Positions 29,448-38,556 of a DNA stretch of 64,000 bases are shown here, piece by piece. Position 1 is the stretch's first letter. Each line of letters starts with the position of its first letter. This DNA is from an uncultured Chloroflexia bacterium (lineage in GTDB: Bacteria > Chloroflexota > Dehalococcoidia > GIF9 > UBA5629), in the NCBI GenBank assembly GCA_963754385.1, contig CAVWGE010000001.1:328575-392574 (forward strand). The letters run 5' to 3'. The notes beneath the pieces were generated by a model. That model did no database searches. It was not told the origin of the DNA and saw only the letters and a program-made list of their open reading frames with translations. The translations under genes and the position numbers were made by a program.

Positions 29448-30356
29448 ATGGGTGATAGGTTAAAGGACAGAGTAGCTATAGTTACTGGCTCGGGTCAAGG
29501 AATTGGAAGAGCCATAGCAGTAGCCTTGGCTGAAGAAGGTGCCAAGGTAGTGACTAACAACCGTCGGCCAGATACTCCAGGTGGAGATGCTGGAACTACA
29601 GCTAAGCAGATTACAGATATGGGTGGTCAGGCTATGCCTTTCTTCGGTAGCGTCTCTGATTTTGAGCTGGCTGGCAAACTGATACAGGCGACAGTGGACA
29701 AATTTGGCAGGCTGGACATATTGGTGAACAATGCCGGTGCTGACCGACCCCACATGGTCTGGAATATGACGGAAGAGGAATGGGATACGTGCGTGGACTC
29801 CTTTCTTAAAGGCACCTTTAACTGTACTAGATTTGCCTGTGGCGTAATGAGAGAACAAAAGTGGGGGCGGATAATAAATACCACTTCTACTGCCTGGCTA
29901 GGTGCCGTAGGACACTGCAATTATTGCGCCGCTAAGGCTGGTATCGTAGGCCTAACCAGAGGTGTAGCCAGGGAGATGGGCAGATATGGAGTGACCTGCA
30001 ATGCCTATGCTCCAACCGCGGCAACACGGTTTACACTTAGTGAGGACGTAGTGGCTGGTTTCAAAAAAAGGTTAGAAACAGGGCTTATAACCAAGGAGAG
30101 ATACGAAGAGCTGACCAACCCACCCAGCCCGGAAACAGTAACTCCTTTCATACTTTATCTCTGCGCTGAAGAGGCGGCTGACATAAACGGGCAGATGTTT
30201 GATGTCACCGGCGGTAATATCGCCATTTACTCAGAGCCGGTAAAGAAGAAGACCATCACTAAAAAAGAGGGCTTGTGGACGATAGAAGAGTTGGTAGAAC
30301 TGGTGCCAAAGGTATTACTGGAAGGATATAGTAATCCTTCACCGCCTCAGCAGTAA
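29448..30356 (+). CDS. Short-chain dehydrogenase/reductase (SDR) family oxidoreductase
   Basis: Carries TGSGQGIGRAIA (the Rossmann TGxxxGIG motif), NNAG and YCAAKAG (YxxxK). Confidence 0.9.
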   Translation: MGDRLKDRVAIVTGSGQGIGRAIAVALAEEGAKVVTNNRRPDTPGGDAGTTAKQITDMGGQAMPFFGSVSDFELAGKLIQATVDKFGRLDILVNNAGADRPHMVWNMTEEEWDTCVDSFLKGTFNCTRFACGVMREQKWGRIINTTSTAWLGAVGHCNYCAAKAGIVGLTRGVAREMGRYGVTCNAYAPTAATRFTLSEDVVAGFKKRLETGLITKERYEELTNPPSPETVTPFILYLCAEEAADINGQMFDVTGGNIAIYSEPVKKKTITKKEGLWTIEELVELVPKVLLEGYSNPSPPQQ

Positions 30357-30371
30357 GCTATTGACATATTA

Positions 30372-30380
30372 TGATATAAT
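30372..30380 (+). promoter_or_regulatory. Extended -10 promoter element (TGaTATAAT) upstream of the ABC transporter operon
   Basis: Reads attgacatattaTGaTATAATtttt. The TTGACA at 30361 is too close (8 nt) to act as the -35. Confidence 0.3.
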
Positions 30381-30572
30381 TTTTGTATCCCCCCAGGGGC
30401 TTGTTTGATTCCTCTCGACTTTGTTATGAACCAGCGCGATATGTGCGCAATAAAAACTTGGTGGAAGGAGGTGGTAGTATCGAGTGACTATAACTTTGGG
30501 TGCTGGCGGAGGCAATTTATGGTCGAAGAGCGCTTGCCAGCGGAAATATAATCAAGACTATAAAGGAGGTTA

Positions 30573-32417
30573 ATGGCTGAAGTGAAAAAATTTTTATTTT
30601 TGTTTTTTACCTGTCTTTTGTTGGTGGCATTTGTGCTTCCTGCCTGTGCTGCGCCTGCTGCGGAAAACGTCATAAAAGTCGGTATTATTGGGCCAATGAC
30701 ATTCCCGGAAGGTGAGCATCAGTGGATGGGAGCCCAGCTGGGAGCCAAGAAGGTCAATGATGGCGGTGGCATAAAAATAGGCGACAAAACGTATACCATC
30801 CAATTGATCAAGGCGGACGACAACGAAGTGCTAAGCACTACGGACGCGGCTGCAGCCATGGAAAAACTGATAACTGTGGACAAGGCGGACTTTATATATG
30901 GTGGCTTCAGGACAGAAGCTGTATACCCCATGCAAGACGTAGCTATGAACTACAAGAAGATATTCTTCGATTATGGGGCTGCTACAGCGGCGCTCTGTGG
31001 TAAGGTAAGTGAGGATTACGACCACTACAAGTACTTCTTCAAAGGGACTCCATTCAACGAGTACTATCTGGTCAATAATATTTTCATGGTTACGGCTATG
31101 GTTAATGACCAACTCAAAAAGGAGCTGAATATAGACCATGTTAAGGTCGCTATAATAGCCGAGAAACTAGAGTGGGCCGAAGCGATGGTAGCTATTGCCG
31201 AGGCACAGCTGCCGGAAATGGGAATGGAGGTAGTCGGCACGTGGAGACCGTCAGATACAGCCACAGATGTCAGTGCTGAGCTGACAGCCATCGCAGCTAA
31301 AGAGCCGCAGATGATTTTCTGCATATTCTCCGGTCCGGTAGGCATCACTTTTGCAAAGCAGCAAGTGGAGTTAGATGTACCCGCCTGTTCCCTAGGTATT
31401 TTCGTCGAAGCACAGAAAAGCGCCTTCATGGAGGCAACAGGTGGCAAGGGTCTATATTTTACTACGTTGAATACCTACACAAGGGAAGTTGCATATAATG
31501 ACCTGACCCAACCCTTCGTCACTGAATTCGTGAATACATATAACCAAGTCCCGCTATATACTGCTGCTACCTATGATGGTATGTTGCTTCTAAAGACTGC
31601 CCTGGAAAAGGCGCAAAGCTTGGATGCCGATACTTTAGTCCCGGTTATTGAAGAGACATCGTCGCCGATTACAGCTGGTAAGGCAGCCTACTATAAGCTG
31701 GGCGATGATTGTCCCCCAAACTGTGCACATGACCTGGTGTACGGCCCCGGTTATGTGACCGGCGTCTGCACTCAATGGCAGAGTACTGACCCAATCATGG
31801 GGTCGAAGGCTATCTGGCCGCAGTCTTATACAGGTGTGCCTGATGAGTGGAAAGATTTAAAGTATGGGGGGACATATCCATACGTGATACCGCCTAACGT
31901 AATCGCGAAGTTCAAGCAAGAAGGGGCACCAGCCCCACCACCAGCACCGCCGGCTCCACCACCGGCACCACCGGCGGGCGGGCTATCGTTTGAGGCTGCT
32001 GAATATACCAATGCTGAGCTTGGTTTCTCCGTCAAGTACCCTAAGGATTGGGCACAGCAGCCATCGGAGGACGTATTGTTCTACGCTGCAGCTCCGAAAA
32101 AAGTTCCACTTTTATTCGTTGATGCTAAGGAAGGTGCTACCTTTACTGAAGCGCTCACAAAATCACTGGAGGCAGTTGGTGGCAAAAACGTTAAAATGAA
32201 GCCTGAGAGTGAGATAACTCTGGCAGATGGTACTAAAGCCATCCAGGCTATAGGCAAGTTCAGTCATCCGGCCGCTCCAGTGGCAATGGACATCTTGTCT
32301 GTAGGAGCGATGAAGGACAATAAGTGGGTTATCGTTACGGTGGCTACTGTAGGGATGCTGGCAAAGTTCGATGAAGCCAAGTTTTCGGAAATAGCCCGTA
32401 CATTGCAATTCAAGTAG
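30573..32417 (+). CDS. Substrate-binding lipoprotein of a Liv-type ABC transporter (periplasmic binding protein type I), carrying a Pro/Ala-rich linker and an extra C-terminal domain of about 150 aa
   Basis: ATG follows TAAAGGAGGT. The signal peptide has a lipobox (LPAC). A LivK-like body runs to about aa 450, then APAPPPAPPAPPPAPPAGG, then a C-terminal domain (FSVKYPKDWAQQ...). Confidence 0.85.
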   Translation: MAEVKKFLFLFFTCLLLVAFVLPACAAPAAENVIKVGIIGPMTFPEGEHQWMGAQLGAKKVNDGGGIKIGDKTYTIQLIKADDNEVLSTTDAAAAMEKLITVDKADFIYGGFRTEAVYPMQDVAMNYKKIFFDYGAATAALCGKVSEDYDHYKYFFKGTPFNEYYLVNNIFMVTAMVNDQLKKELNIDHVKVAIIAEKLEWAEAMVAIAEAQLPEMGMEVVGTWRPSDTATDVSAELTAIAAKEPQMIFCIFSGPVGITFAKQQVELDVPACSLGIFVEAQKSAFMEATGGKGLYFTTLNTYTREVAYNDLTQPFVTEFVNTYNQVPLYTAATYDGMLLLKTALEKAQSLDADTLVPVIEETSSPITAGKAAYYKLGDDCPPNCAHDLVYGPGYVTGVCTQWQSTDPIMGSKAIWPQSYTGVPDEWKDLKYGGTYPYVIPPNVIAKFKQEGAPAPPPAPPAPPPAPPAGGLSFEAAEYTNAELGFSVKYPKDWAQQPSEDVLFYAAAPKKVPLLFVDAKEGATFTEALTKSLEAVGGKNVKMKPESEITLADGTKAIQAIGKFSHPAAPVAMDILSVGAMKDNKWVIVTVATVGMLAKFDEAKFSEIARTLQFK

Positions 32418-32438
32418 TAAGTGATTTAGCGTTTGAGT

Positions 32439-32478
32439 GAGTACCCCCGGGTTGCTTGAAATAGCCCCGGGGGTACTC
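32439..32478 (+). other. Stable intercistronic stem-loop (13-bp perfect GC-rich stem) between the binding-protein and permease genes
   Basis: GAGTACCCCCGGG (32439-32451) pairs with CCCGGGGGTACTC (32466-32478). There is no U-tract. This is typical of a differential mRNA-stability element or partial terminator in an ABC operon. Confidence 0.55.
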
Positions 32479-32525
32479 AAAAGTGCGTAAAGAAATTTGT
32501 TAAGCAATACAAATTGGTATAAACC

Positions 32526-33398
32526 ATGATTCAGGCATTTGTAATTCAGATGCTGGTAACAGGTGGGATATATGCCATGCTGGCTGTTGGCTTCGCACTT
32601 ATCTTTGGTGTAGCCCGAATGATAAACCTGGCACATACCTCGTTCCTGATGCTGGCAGCCTACGGTATGTTTTACTCCACTTATAGACTTGGTTTAGACA
32701 TTATCCCAGCGATAGCCATATCACTTGTCGGTACCACATTCATAGGTGTAGCGAGTTACAAGTTATTCATTGACCGGATACGCGAGCATCAGGTAACCGT
32801 GATGCTGGTAACCATTGCTCTTGCTATAGTTTTCCAGGAATGCATGCTTTTAGCCTTTGCTGCTCACTTTCGTGAGGCCCCGCTTCTTATCAAGGGGTTC
32901 GTGGAGATAGCGGGTGTGAGGATTACCAACGAACAATTACTGACGCTGGCTGTGGTCCTGGTTGTATTGATTGGCATATGGGCGCTTTTGTCAAAGACAA
33001 AATTGGGAATTGCTATTCGAGCCACCGCTCAGGATACTGAAATCGCTAATCTTATGGGGATAAGCGTTTCTAGGATACTCTTGATAACTATGGGCATGGC
33101 TACGGCATTGGCGGCAGTTGCTGGCATTGTGGTGGCTCCGCTATGGGTTGTTTTCCCCTATATGTGGCTAAATCCATTGGTAACAGTTATGGCGATCGTT
33201 GTCTTAGGTGGCTTGGGGAGTGTTAAGGGTAGTCTCATCGGCGCCTTTATCATATCGTTCGTTCAAACAGCGGTTGTATTCTTCCTCCCTGGAGGCGCCT
33301 TCCTGAATACGGCTTTTGCCTTGCTGGTTATGGTAATAATACTTGTAGTCAGACCTGAAGGTCTGTTCGGCGTGGTTTTTGAAGAGGAGAGATTATAA
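32526..33398 (+). CDS. livH: Branched-chain amino acid-type ABC transporter permease (LivH family)
   Basis: A 290-aa polytopic protein with typical LivH topology and N-terminus (MIQAFVIQMLVTGGIYAMLAVGFALIFGV). Confidence 0.88.
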   Translation: MIQAFVIQMLVTGGIYAMLAVGFALIFGVARMINLAHTSFLMLAAYGMFYSTYRLGLDIIPAIAISLVGTTFIGVASYKLFIDRIREHQVTVMLVTIALAIVFQECMLLAFAAHFREAPLLIKGFVEIAGVRITNEQLLTLAVVLVVLIGIWALLSKTKLGIAIRATAQDTEIANLMGISVSRILLITMGMATALAAVAGIVVAPLWVVFPYMWLNPLVTVMAIVVLGGLGSVKGSLIGAFIISFVQTAVVFFLPGGAFLNTAFALLVMVIILVVRPEGLFGVVFEEERL

Positions 33399-34436
33399 TT
33401 GTTAAGGCGGCTGTTTAAGGATTTCCAGGGTGACGTGCTGGCTATTCCAGGCAGGCTTATCGCCCTTATTTTCTTTTTACTTTTGTTTCTTTTACCTCTG
33501 ATAACACAAGAACCTTACACCCTTCGCATTCTGATTCTTGCCAATGTTTTCGTTATTTTCGCTGTTAGCTGGGACTTTATATCCGGCTATACGGGACAGA
33601 TAAACTTCGGTCATGCCCTGTTCTTTGGTGCTGCGGCCTACAGTACAGCTTTGCTAGGTAAATACCTTGGTTTACAGCCCTGGCTGACTATACCGATTGG
33701 GGCTATTGTTGCCGTAGGAGCTGGGATGCTTATGTGTCTGCCGGCATTAAGGCTGAGAGGCCCTTATTTGTCGCTGGTGACTTTAGCTTTTCCCCTCATT
33801 TTGCTTGGTGTCATCAAGGCTTTTCCTGATGTTACTGGCGGTGAACATGGTATTTCTGGTCTACCCGCACTTTCTGATTCTCGAGTAGTTGAATACTACA
33901 TAGCTCTGCCTATCATGATTGTTTCCGTGCTCATAATGTGGAAGCTTACCGATGCCAAAAGTGCTCTTGTCAGGACAGGCATCATTCTTCATGCCATCCG
34001 TGAAGATGAGATTGCGGCTCGTGCCAGTGGAATCAACACCATAAGATATAAGATGTTCGCTTTCGCCGTAGGTGGTTTCTTTGCCGGGGTTGCCGGCGGT
34101 TTATACGCTCACTTTTTGAGAATCGCTGGTCCATCAAGTCTCGACATGATGCTGTCATTCCAGGCAATAATATGGACGGTTTTTGGCGGCATTGTCAGCA
34201 TTTATGGCGCAGTGGTTGGGGTTTACATTCTGTATCCTCTGATGGAATTCTTGCGGGTTATCCCTGAGTTAAGGATTCTGATTTTTGCAGCTATAGTAAT
34301 AGTTATTCTTCTCTTTATGCCCGAGGGGATTGCGGTTTGGATAAGAGACAAAATTGAGCGCGAGTGCCCTCGTTGCAAGTTAACTAATGTGGCTTGGCGT
34401 CGTACCTGTAGAGCCTGTGGCGCTTCTCTGTACTGA
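33399..34436 (+). CDS. livM: Branched-chain amino acid-type ABC transporter permease (LivM family) with a C-terminal CxxC...CxxC zinc-ribbon tail
   Basis: TTG start abuts the livH stop. A LivM-like TM core is followed by a cytoplasmic tail ECPRCKLTNVAWRRTCRACGASLY. Confidence 0.85.
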   Translation: MLRRLFKDFQGDVLAIPGRLIALIFFLLLFLLPLITQEPYTLRILILANVFVIFAVSWDFISGYTGQINFGHALFFGAAAYSTALLGKYLGLQPWLTIPIGAIVAVGAGMLMCLPALRLRGPYLSLVTLAFPLILLGVIKAFPDVTGGEHGISGLPALSDSRVVEYYIALPIMIVSVLIMWKLTDAKSALVRTGIILHAIREDEIAARASGINTIRYKMFAFAVGGFFAGVAGGLYAHFLRIAGPSSLDMMLSFQAIIWTVFGGIVSIYGAVVGVYILYPLMEFLRVIPELRILIFAAIVIVILLFMPEGIAVWIRDKIERECPRCKLTNVAWRRTCRACGASLY

Positions 34437-34449
34437 GCGAAGTCAGGTT

Positions 34450-35199
34450 CTAAAGACCTAGATATGTCTTTCTGATAGTCTCGTCTTTTAGTAATTCTTT
34501 AGCTGTTCCCTGGGCGATTATGTGTCCCCGGGACATAACGTAGCTTCTTCTTGACAGGTCGAAAGCGAAGCTGATGTCTTGCTCGGCCAGTAGTATGGTA
34601 ACACCCAGCTCGTGATAAATTTCCTCTATGCGCTTAAACAGGTCTTCTTTGAGCCTTGGTGCCAGTCCACTTGAAGGCTCATCAACTAACATGAACTTGG
34701 GCTTACGCATTAGTGCCCTACCTATAGCCAGCATTTGGCGTTCCCCCCCAGATAACGTCCCCGATACTTGGTTTTGTCTGTCCTTCAGCGTTGGAAACAA
34801 TTCGTAGACCTTGTTGAGACTATCGTTGACTACCTTCTTATCCTTAACCAGATAAGCGCCGGCTAGCAAGTTATCCTTGACCGTCATTTCAACAAACGGT
34901 CTGCCTCTCTCGGGGCAAAGGAGCAAGCCTCTCTTGGCTATTTCAGAGGCGGAGAGTTTTTCAATTCTCTCGCCTTCGAACTCTATACTGCCTTTAAAGG
35001 TTATGTCTGCCTGCCTTGTCCCCTTTGATACCTCCTTCTCCCAGTTTATCAATCCTGCTATAGCTCGTAGCAGTGTCGTTTTTCCGGCGCCGTTGGGACC
35101 GACGAGCCCGACTAATTCGCCTTTTTCAACCATAAGGCTGGCGTCATCTAATACCATAGCTGTGTCATAAGAGACGGTCACATCTTTTATTTCAAGCAA
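34450..35199 (-). CDS. livF: ABC transporter ATP-binding protein (LivF family)
   Basis: Walker A GPNGAGKTTL, signature LSGGERQ. I chose TTG at 35199 (protein MLEIKDVTVSYD...), preceded by AAGGAGGTG. The ORF-track start at 35229 is also TTG and lacks an RBS. Confidence 0.8.
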   Translation of the reverse strand: MLEIKDVTVSYDTAMVLDDASLMVEKGELVGLVGPNGAGKTTLLRAIAGLINWEKEVSKGTRQADITFKGSIEFEGERIEKLSASEIAKRGLLLCPERGRPFVEMTVKDNLLAGAYLVKDKKVVNDSLNKVYELFPTLKDRQNQVSGTLSGGERQMLAIGRALMRKPKFMLVDEPSSGLAPRLKEDLFKRIEEIYHELGVTILLAEQDISFAFDLSRRSYVMSRGHIIAQGTAKELLKDETIRKTYLGL

Positions 35200-35962
35200 T
35201 GAGCACCTCCTTACCCGTGTAGGCTTCAATCACCTGCTTATTCTTAGATATTTCTTCAGGTGTGCCTTGGGTGAGGACTTCACCAAAGTTAATTACAATC
35301 ACCCTGTTAACTATCTTCATCAGTTCACTAAGCTTGTGTTCTATGATGAGCATAGCTGGACCTTCGCTGTGAAGTCTGCCGAATCTTCCGCCCTTGTGCA
35401 ATCTTCTCATCGACTTGGCAACAAGCTCTGTTTCTGCTGGATTTAGGCCGCCGAACGGCTCATCGAGGATAAGCAGCTCCGGTTCGGTGGCAATTGCCCT
35501 GGCAACCTCCAGCCTTTTTAAATCACCGTGCGACAGAATGGAAGCCGGTTCGAGAGCCATGTCAGCGATACCGACGAACTCTAAAGCATCTCGTGCTTTT
35601 ACTTCGACTCTTTTGACCCATTCGCCACGCTTGGTTATCCGTGGGCAGAGACAACCTACCATAACATTGGCAATAATTGGCAGATGGCGGAATGGCTTGA
35701 CTACCTGAAAAGTCCCTACCATACCCCTTTGCACGATCTCCCAGGGGCGGCGTTTAGTTATATCTTCGCCATTAAATAGGACTTTTCCTGAATCAGGTTT
35801 TAATATGCCGAGTATGCATCGGATAAGGGTAGTTTTTCCGGCGCCATTGGGGCCAATGAGACCAACGATTTCGTCCCTTTCTATCTTGAAGCTTACGTTG
35901 TTGACAGCAAGCAGTCCGCCAAAGCGTTTGGTTAAATTTTCAACCTCGAGAAACGGTACCAT
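35192..35962 (-). CDS. livG: ABC transporter ATP-binding protein (LivG family)
   Basis: Starts MVPFLEVENLTKRFGGLLAVNNVSF, Walker A GPNGAGKTT. ATG follows a GGGAGGAGG RBS. Confidence 0.9.
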   Translation of the reverse strand: MVPFLEVENLTKRFGGLLAVNNVSFKIERDEIVGLIGPNGAGKTTLIRCILGILKPDSGKVLFNGEDITKRRPWEIVQRGMVGTFQVVKPFRHLPIIANVMVGCLCPRITKRGEWVKRVEVKARDALEFVGIADMALEPASILSHGDLKRLEVARAIATEPELLILDEPFGGLNPAETELVAKSMRRLHKGGRFGRLHSEGPAMLIIEHKLSELMKIVNRVIVINFGEVLTQGTPEEISKNKQVIEAYTGKEVLIA

Positions 35963-35963
35963 T

Positions 35964-37679
35964 TTACAGGTCCTCCTCCCTCAGCTCACGGCGTGATACC
36001 TTGCCGACATCCGTCTTAGGCACCTCCCCCCTGAACTCTACAATTTTGGGACATTTGTAGTGGGCTATCCTTTCAGCGCAATATTTCATAATTTCCTCTT
36101 CTGAGACTTTGCCTCTTGCCTCCGTTTCCAGAACAACAATCGCTTTAACTTTTTCCCCAACTTCCGGGTCTGGGATTCCGATGACACCGGCCTCTTTAAC
36201 CTGTGGGTGGCTGGCTAATACTTCTTCTACTTCGCGAGCAAATACAGCCAGCCCTTTATACTTAATCATATCTCTTTTTCTATCATAGAAATAGAAGTAG
36301 CCTTCCTCATCCATTCTGACTAAATCGCCGGTTCTGACCCATCTCTCACCGTCAATTTCTACAAACATTTTCTTCGTTTCATCAGGATTTTTCCAGTAGC
36401 CTTTCACCACTTCTGGCCCCTTTATTGCCAGTTCGCCTATCTCACCGACGGGGAGAAACTTGACACTTTCAGAGTCAAGTATGGCGCCTACAGTGTTAGA
36501 TAATGGTACACCAAAAGAGCCGTATTTTGGTCTCCCGTATGGGCTGACCATCCCAATTGAGGTGGTCTCGGTCATACCCCAACCTTCGTGGATTTTAGCA
36601 CCTGTCCGCTTTTCCCAACCTGTTGCGGTATCTTCAAGAAGGGCATCGGCGCCGGAGACGAGCACCTTTATTCGCTTCCAATTGACTCTGTCGGTGCGGT
36701 GATAATCTCTGAGGTATTCGTACAGAGACGGGACGCTGTAGAAAATGGTTGCCTTGTAACTTTCAATAGAGTTCAAGATGTCGTCAAGGTCTGGAGTGGT
36801 AAATATAACCAGTGTATAACCCTGCGATAGTGACCCTAGCATAACTACAGCCTGACCGTAGATATGGTAAAACGGCAAGTAGGCTAATACGATTTCCTTG
36901 CCCTCCTGAACGATGTCACCCCAGAATTTCTCAGTCAGGTAACGGGCAGCAGTAATATTGTAGTGGCTTATCATAGCCCCCTTGGGCAGCCCTGTTGTGC
37001 CTCCGGTGTATTGAAGTGTTACCAAGTCCTCTTTAATGTTGTATTCAACTTTCGGCGGATTCGGTGGGTAGTTCTTTATCAAGTCCTGTAATTGATAGAA
37101 TCCCTCTCTTTCGAAGAGCTCGGCAGGTGGCACTGCCATCTTTTGATATACAGCTCGGAGCACACTGCTGCCCAGGAACTTTTTCATGCCTGGCAGGTAC
37201 TCAGAAATACTAGTTAAGATGACCTTATCTAGCTTGACTCCTGTCCGCTCAAAATTGTCGTAAAGAATATCCTGACAGACGATGATTCTGGCTCCGCTGT
37301 CTTCAAGTTGGTGTTTGATCTCAGGGCTGACATAAACAGGGCTGATCGCGGTTAGCGTAGCTCCAGCTTTCAGTGCTGCGAAATAAGCTATAATGAATTG
37401 AGGCGAGTTCAGGAGGAGTAAAGCAACCCGGTCTCCCTTTTTGACACCTAAATCATGCAGGGCTGTGGCAAATCTATCGACGTGGTCTCTTAACTCGCTA
37501 TAGCTTATCTTCTTGCCGTAAAATACTATAGCGGTTCTGTCCTTCCATTTATCCGTGGCTTCATCAAATGTGTCGACCGCAGACTTTTGCGGGATTTCAA
37601 CATCTGGCGGTACCTCTTTGAGATAAAACTTCAACCATGGTCTTGATTCATATTTTGCTTTGTTCGGATTCGCTGCCAT
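35964..37679 (-). CDS. AMP-dependent synthetase/ligase (long-chain-fatty-acid--CoA ligase-like)
   Basis: Start at the ATG at 37679 (MAANPNKAKYESRPW...), preceded by AGGAGGTGA. The ORF track extends to a TTG at 37718. AMP-binding motif LQYTGGTTGLPKGA. Confidence 0.9.
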   Translation of the reverse strand: MAANPNKAKYESRPWLKFYLKEVPPDVEIPQKSAVDTFDEATDKWKDRTAIVFYGKKISYSELRDHVDRFATALHDLGVKKGDRVALLLLNSPQFIIAYFAALKAGATLTAISPVYVSPEIKHQLEDSGARIIVCQDILYDNFERTGVKLDKVILTSISEYLPGMKKFLGSSVLRAVYQKMAVPPAELFEREGFYQLQDLIKNYPPNPPKVEYNIKEDLVTLQYTGGTTGLPKGAMISHYNITAARYLTEKFWGDIVQEGKEIVLAYLPFYHIYGQAVVMLGSLSQGYTLVIFTTPDLDDILNSIESYKATIFYSVPSLYEYLRDYHRTDRVNWKRIKVLVSGADALLEDTATGWEKRTGAKIHEGWGMTETTSIGMVSPYGRPKYGSFGVPLSNTVGAILDSESVKFLPVGEIGELAIKGPEVVKGYWKNPDETKKMFVEIDGERWVRTGDLVRMDEEGYFYFYDRKRDMIKYKGLAVFAREVEEVLASHPQVKEAGVIGIPDPEVGEKVKAIVVLETEARGKVSEEEIMKYCAERIAHYKCPKIVEFRGEVPKTDVGKVSRRELREEDL

Positions 37680-37886
37680 TGTGTCACCTCCTGCTTTGCT
37701 GGAAGCAAAGCATACCACATTATCTGTATTCTGGCAATGTAGGAATGTGTGCGGTTGTGCTATTTGATTAATTGAGAAACCTACCCCTAATTGATTTTCC
37801 GCCCTTCACAGAGTTACTCCGACGGTAGCTATGATTGACCTTCTAATTATGAGCCGGCTGGCATATAGAGCCATTAATATATAAAG

Positions 37887-37915
37887 GTGACAGTTTGCTT
37901 TTTTCACAGTATAAT
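37887..37915 (+). promoter_or_regulatory. Candidate sigma70 promoter (GTGACA-N17-TATAAT) for the lipoprotein gene
   Basis: Reads aagGTGACAgtttgcttttttcacagTATAATcaagc, about 40 nt upstream of the GTG at 37957. Confidence 0.4.
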
Positions 37916-37956
37916 CAAGCAGATTGTTTAAGAAATTACACCACAAGGAGGTTAGA

Positions 37957-38454
37957 GTGAGGAATAGCAGAAAATATTGTCTTCTACTTCTGGGGCTTAT
38001 TAGCTTGTTGATTAGCTCCATCGTTGCTTGCGGTATGCCTGGTTTCACTACATATACCAATGATAAGGCTGGGTATACCATCAGCCATCCAGTAAATTGG
38101 AATGTTGAGGTGTCTGCAGACGGGACAAAATGCCTCATAACGTCTCCTACACGCCAAGGTTCAATCATGATAGATGTTGTGGAAGGCGTGACAGCTAGAG
38201 AAGCTGCCCAGCGCTGGCTTATTTCCATCGGAACTACCTGGAGCGAAGTGGTAAAACCTGAAGATAAGCCGATGAAGGGCTCTTGGGACTGGTATCTTTC
38301 TTATGATTATGAGACAAACTTTGGTACGTTTCATGGGGAAGCTTACTTTAAGCAGACGGAGACACACGTGTATAAATTAGACACGGCAGGGCTTAAACAA
38401 GAGTATTCCACCTATCCTTTTAATACAATGATATCGTCATTCAAGTTGCAGTAG
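37957..38454 (+). CDS. Hypothetical lipoprotein. Its fold resembles the C-terminal domain of the 30573..32417 binding protein.
   Basis: GTG start follows an AAGGAGG RBS. The ORF track starts at a TTG at 37924. Signal peptide with lipobox LLLLGLISLLISSIVAC. The mature part contains GYTISHPVNWNVEVSADG. Confidence 0.6.
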   Translation: MRNSRKYCLLLLGLISLLISSIVACGMPGFTTYTNDKAGYTISHPVNWNVEVSADGTKCLITSPTRQGSIMIDVVEGVTAREAAQRWLISIGTTWSEVVKPEDKPMKGSWDWYLSYDYETNFGTFHGEAYFKQTETHVYKLDTAGLKQEYSTYPFNTMISSFKLQ

Positions 38455-38556
38455 TTAAGTGACGTAGCCCTATTGTTTCACGCGGTTGGCGATCTTACCC
38501 CTTGCTGCTATCTCTTGAAGAGATGGCTCTGCTCATTGGTGTTGGACAAGTAGATA

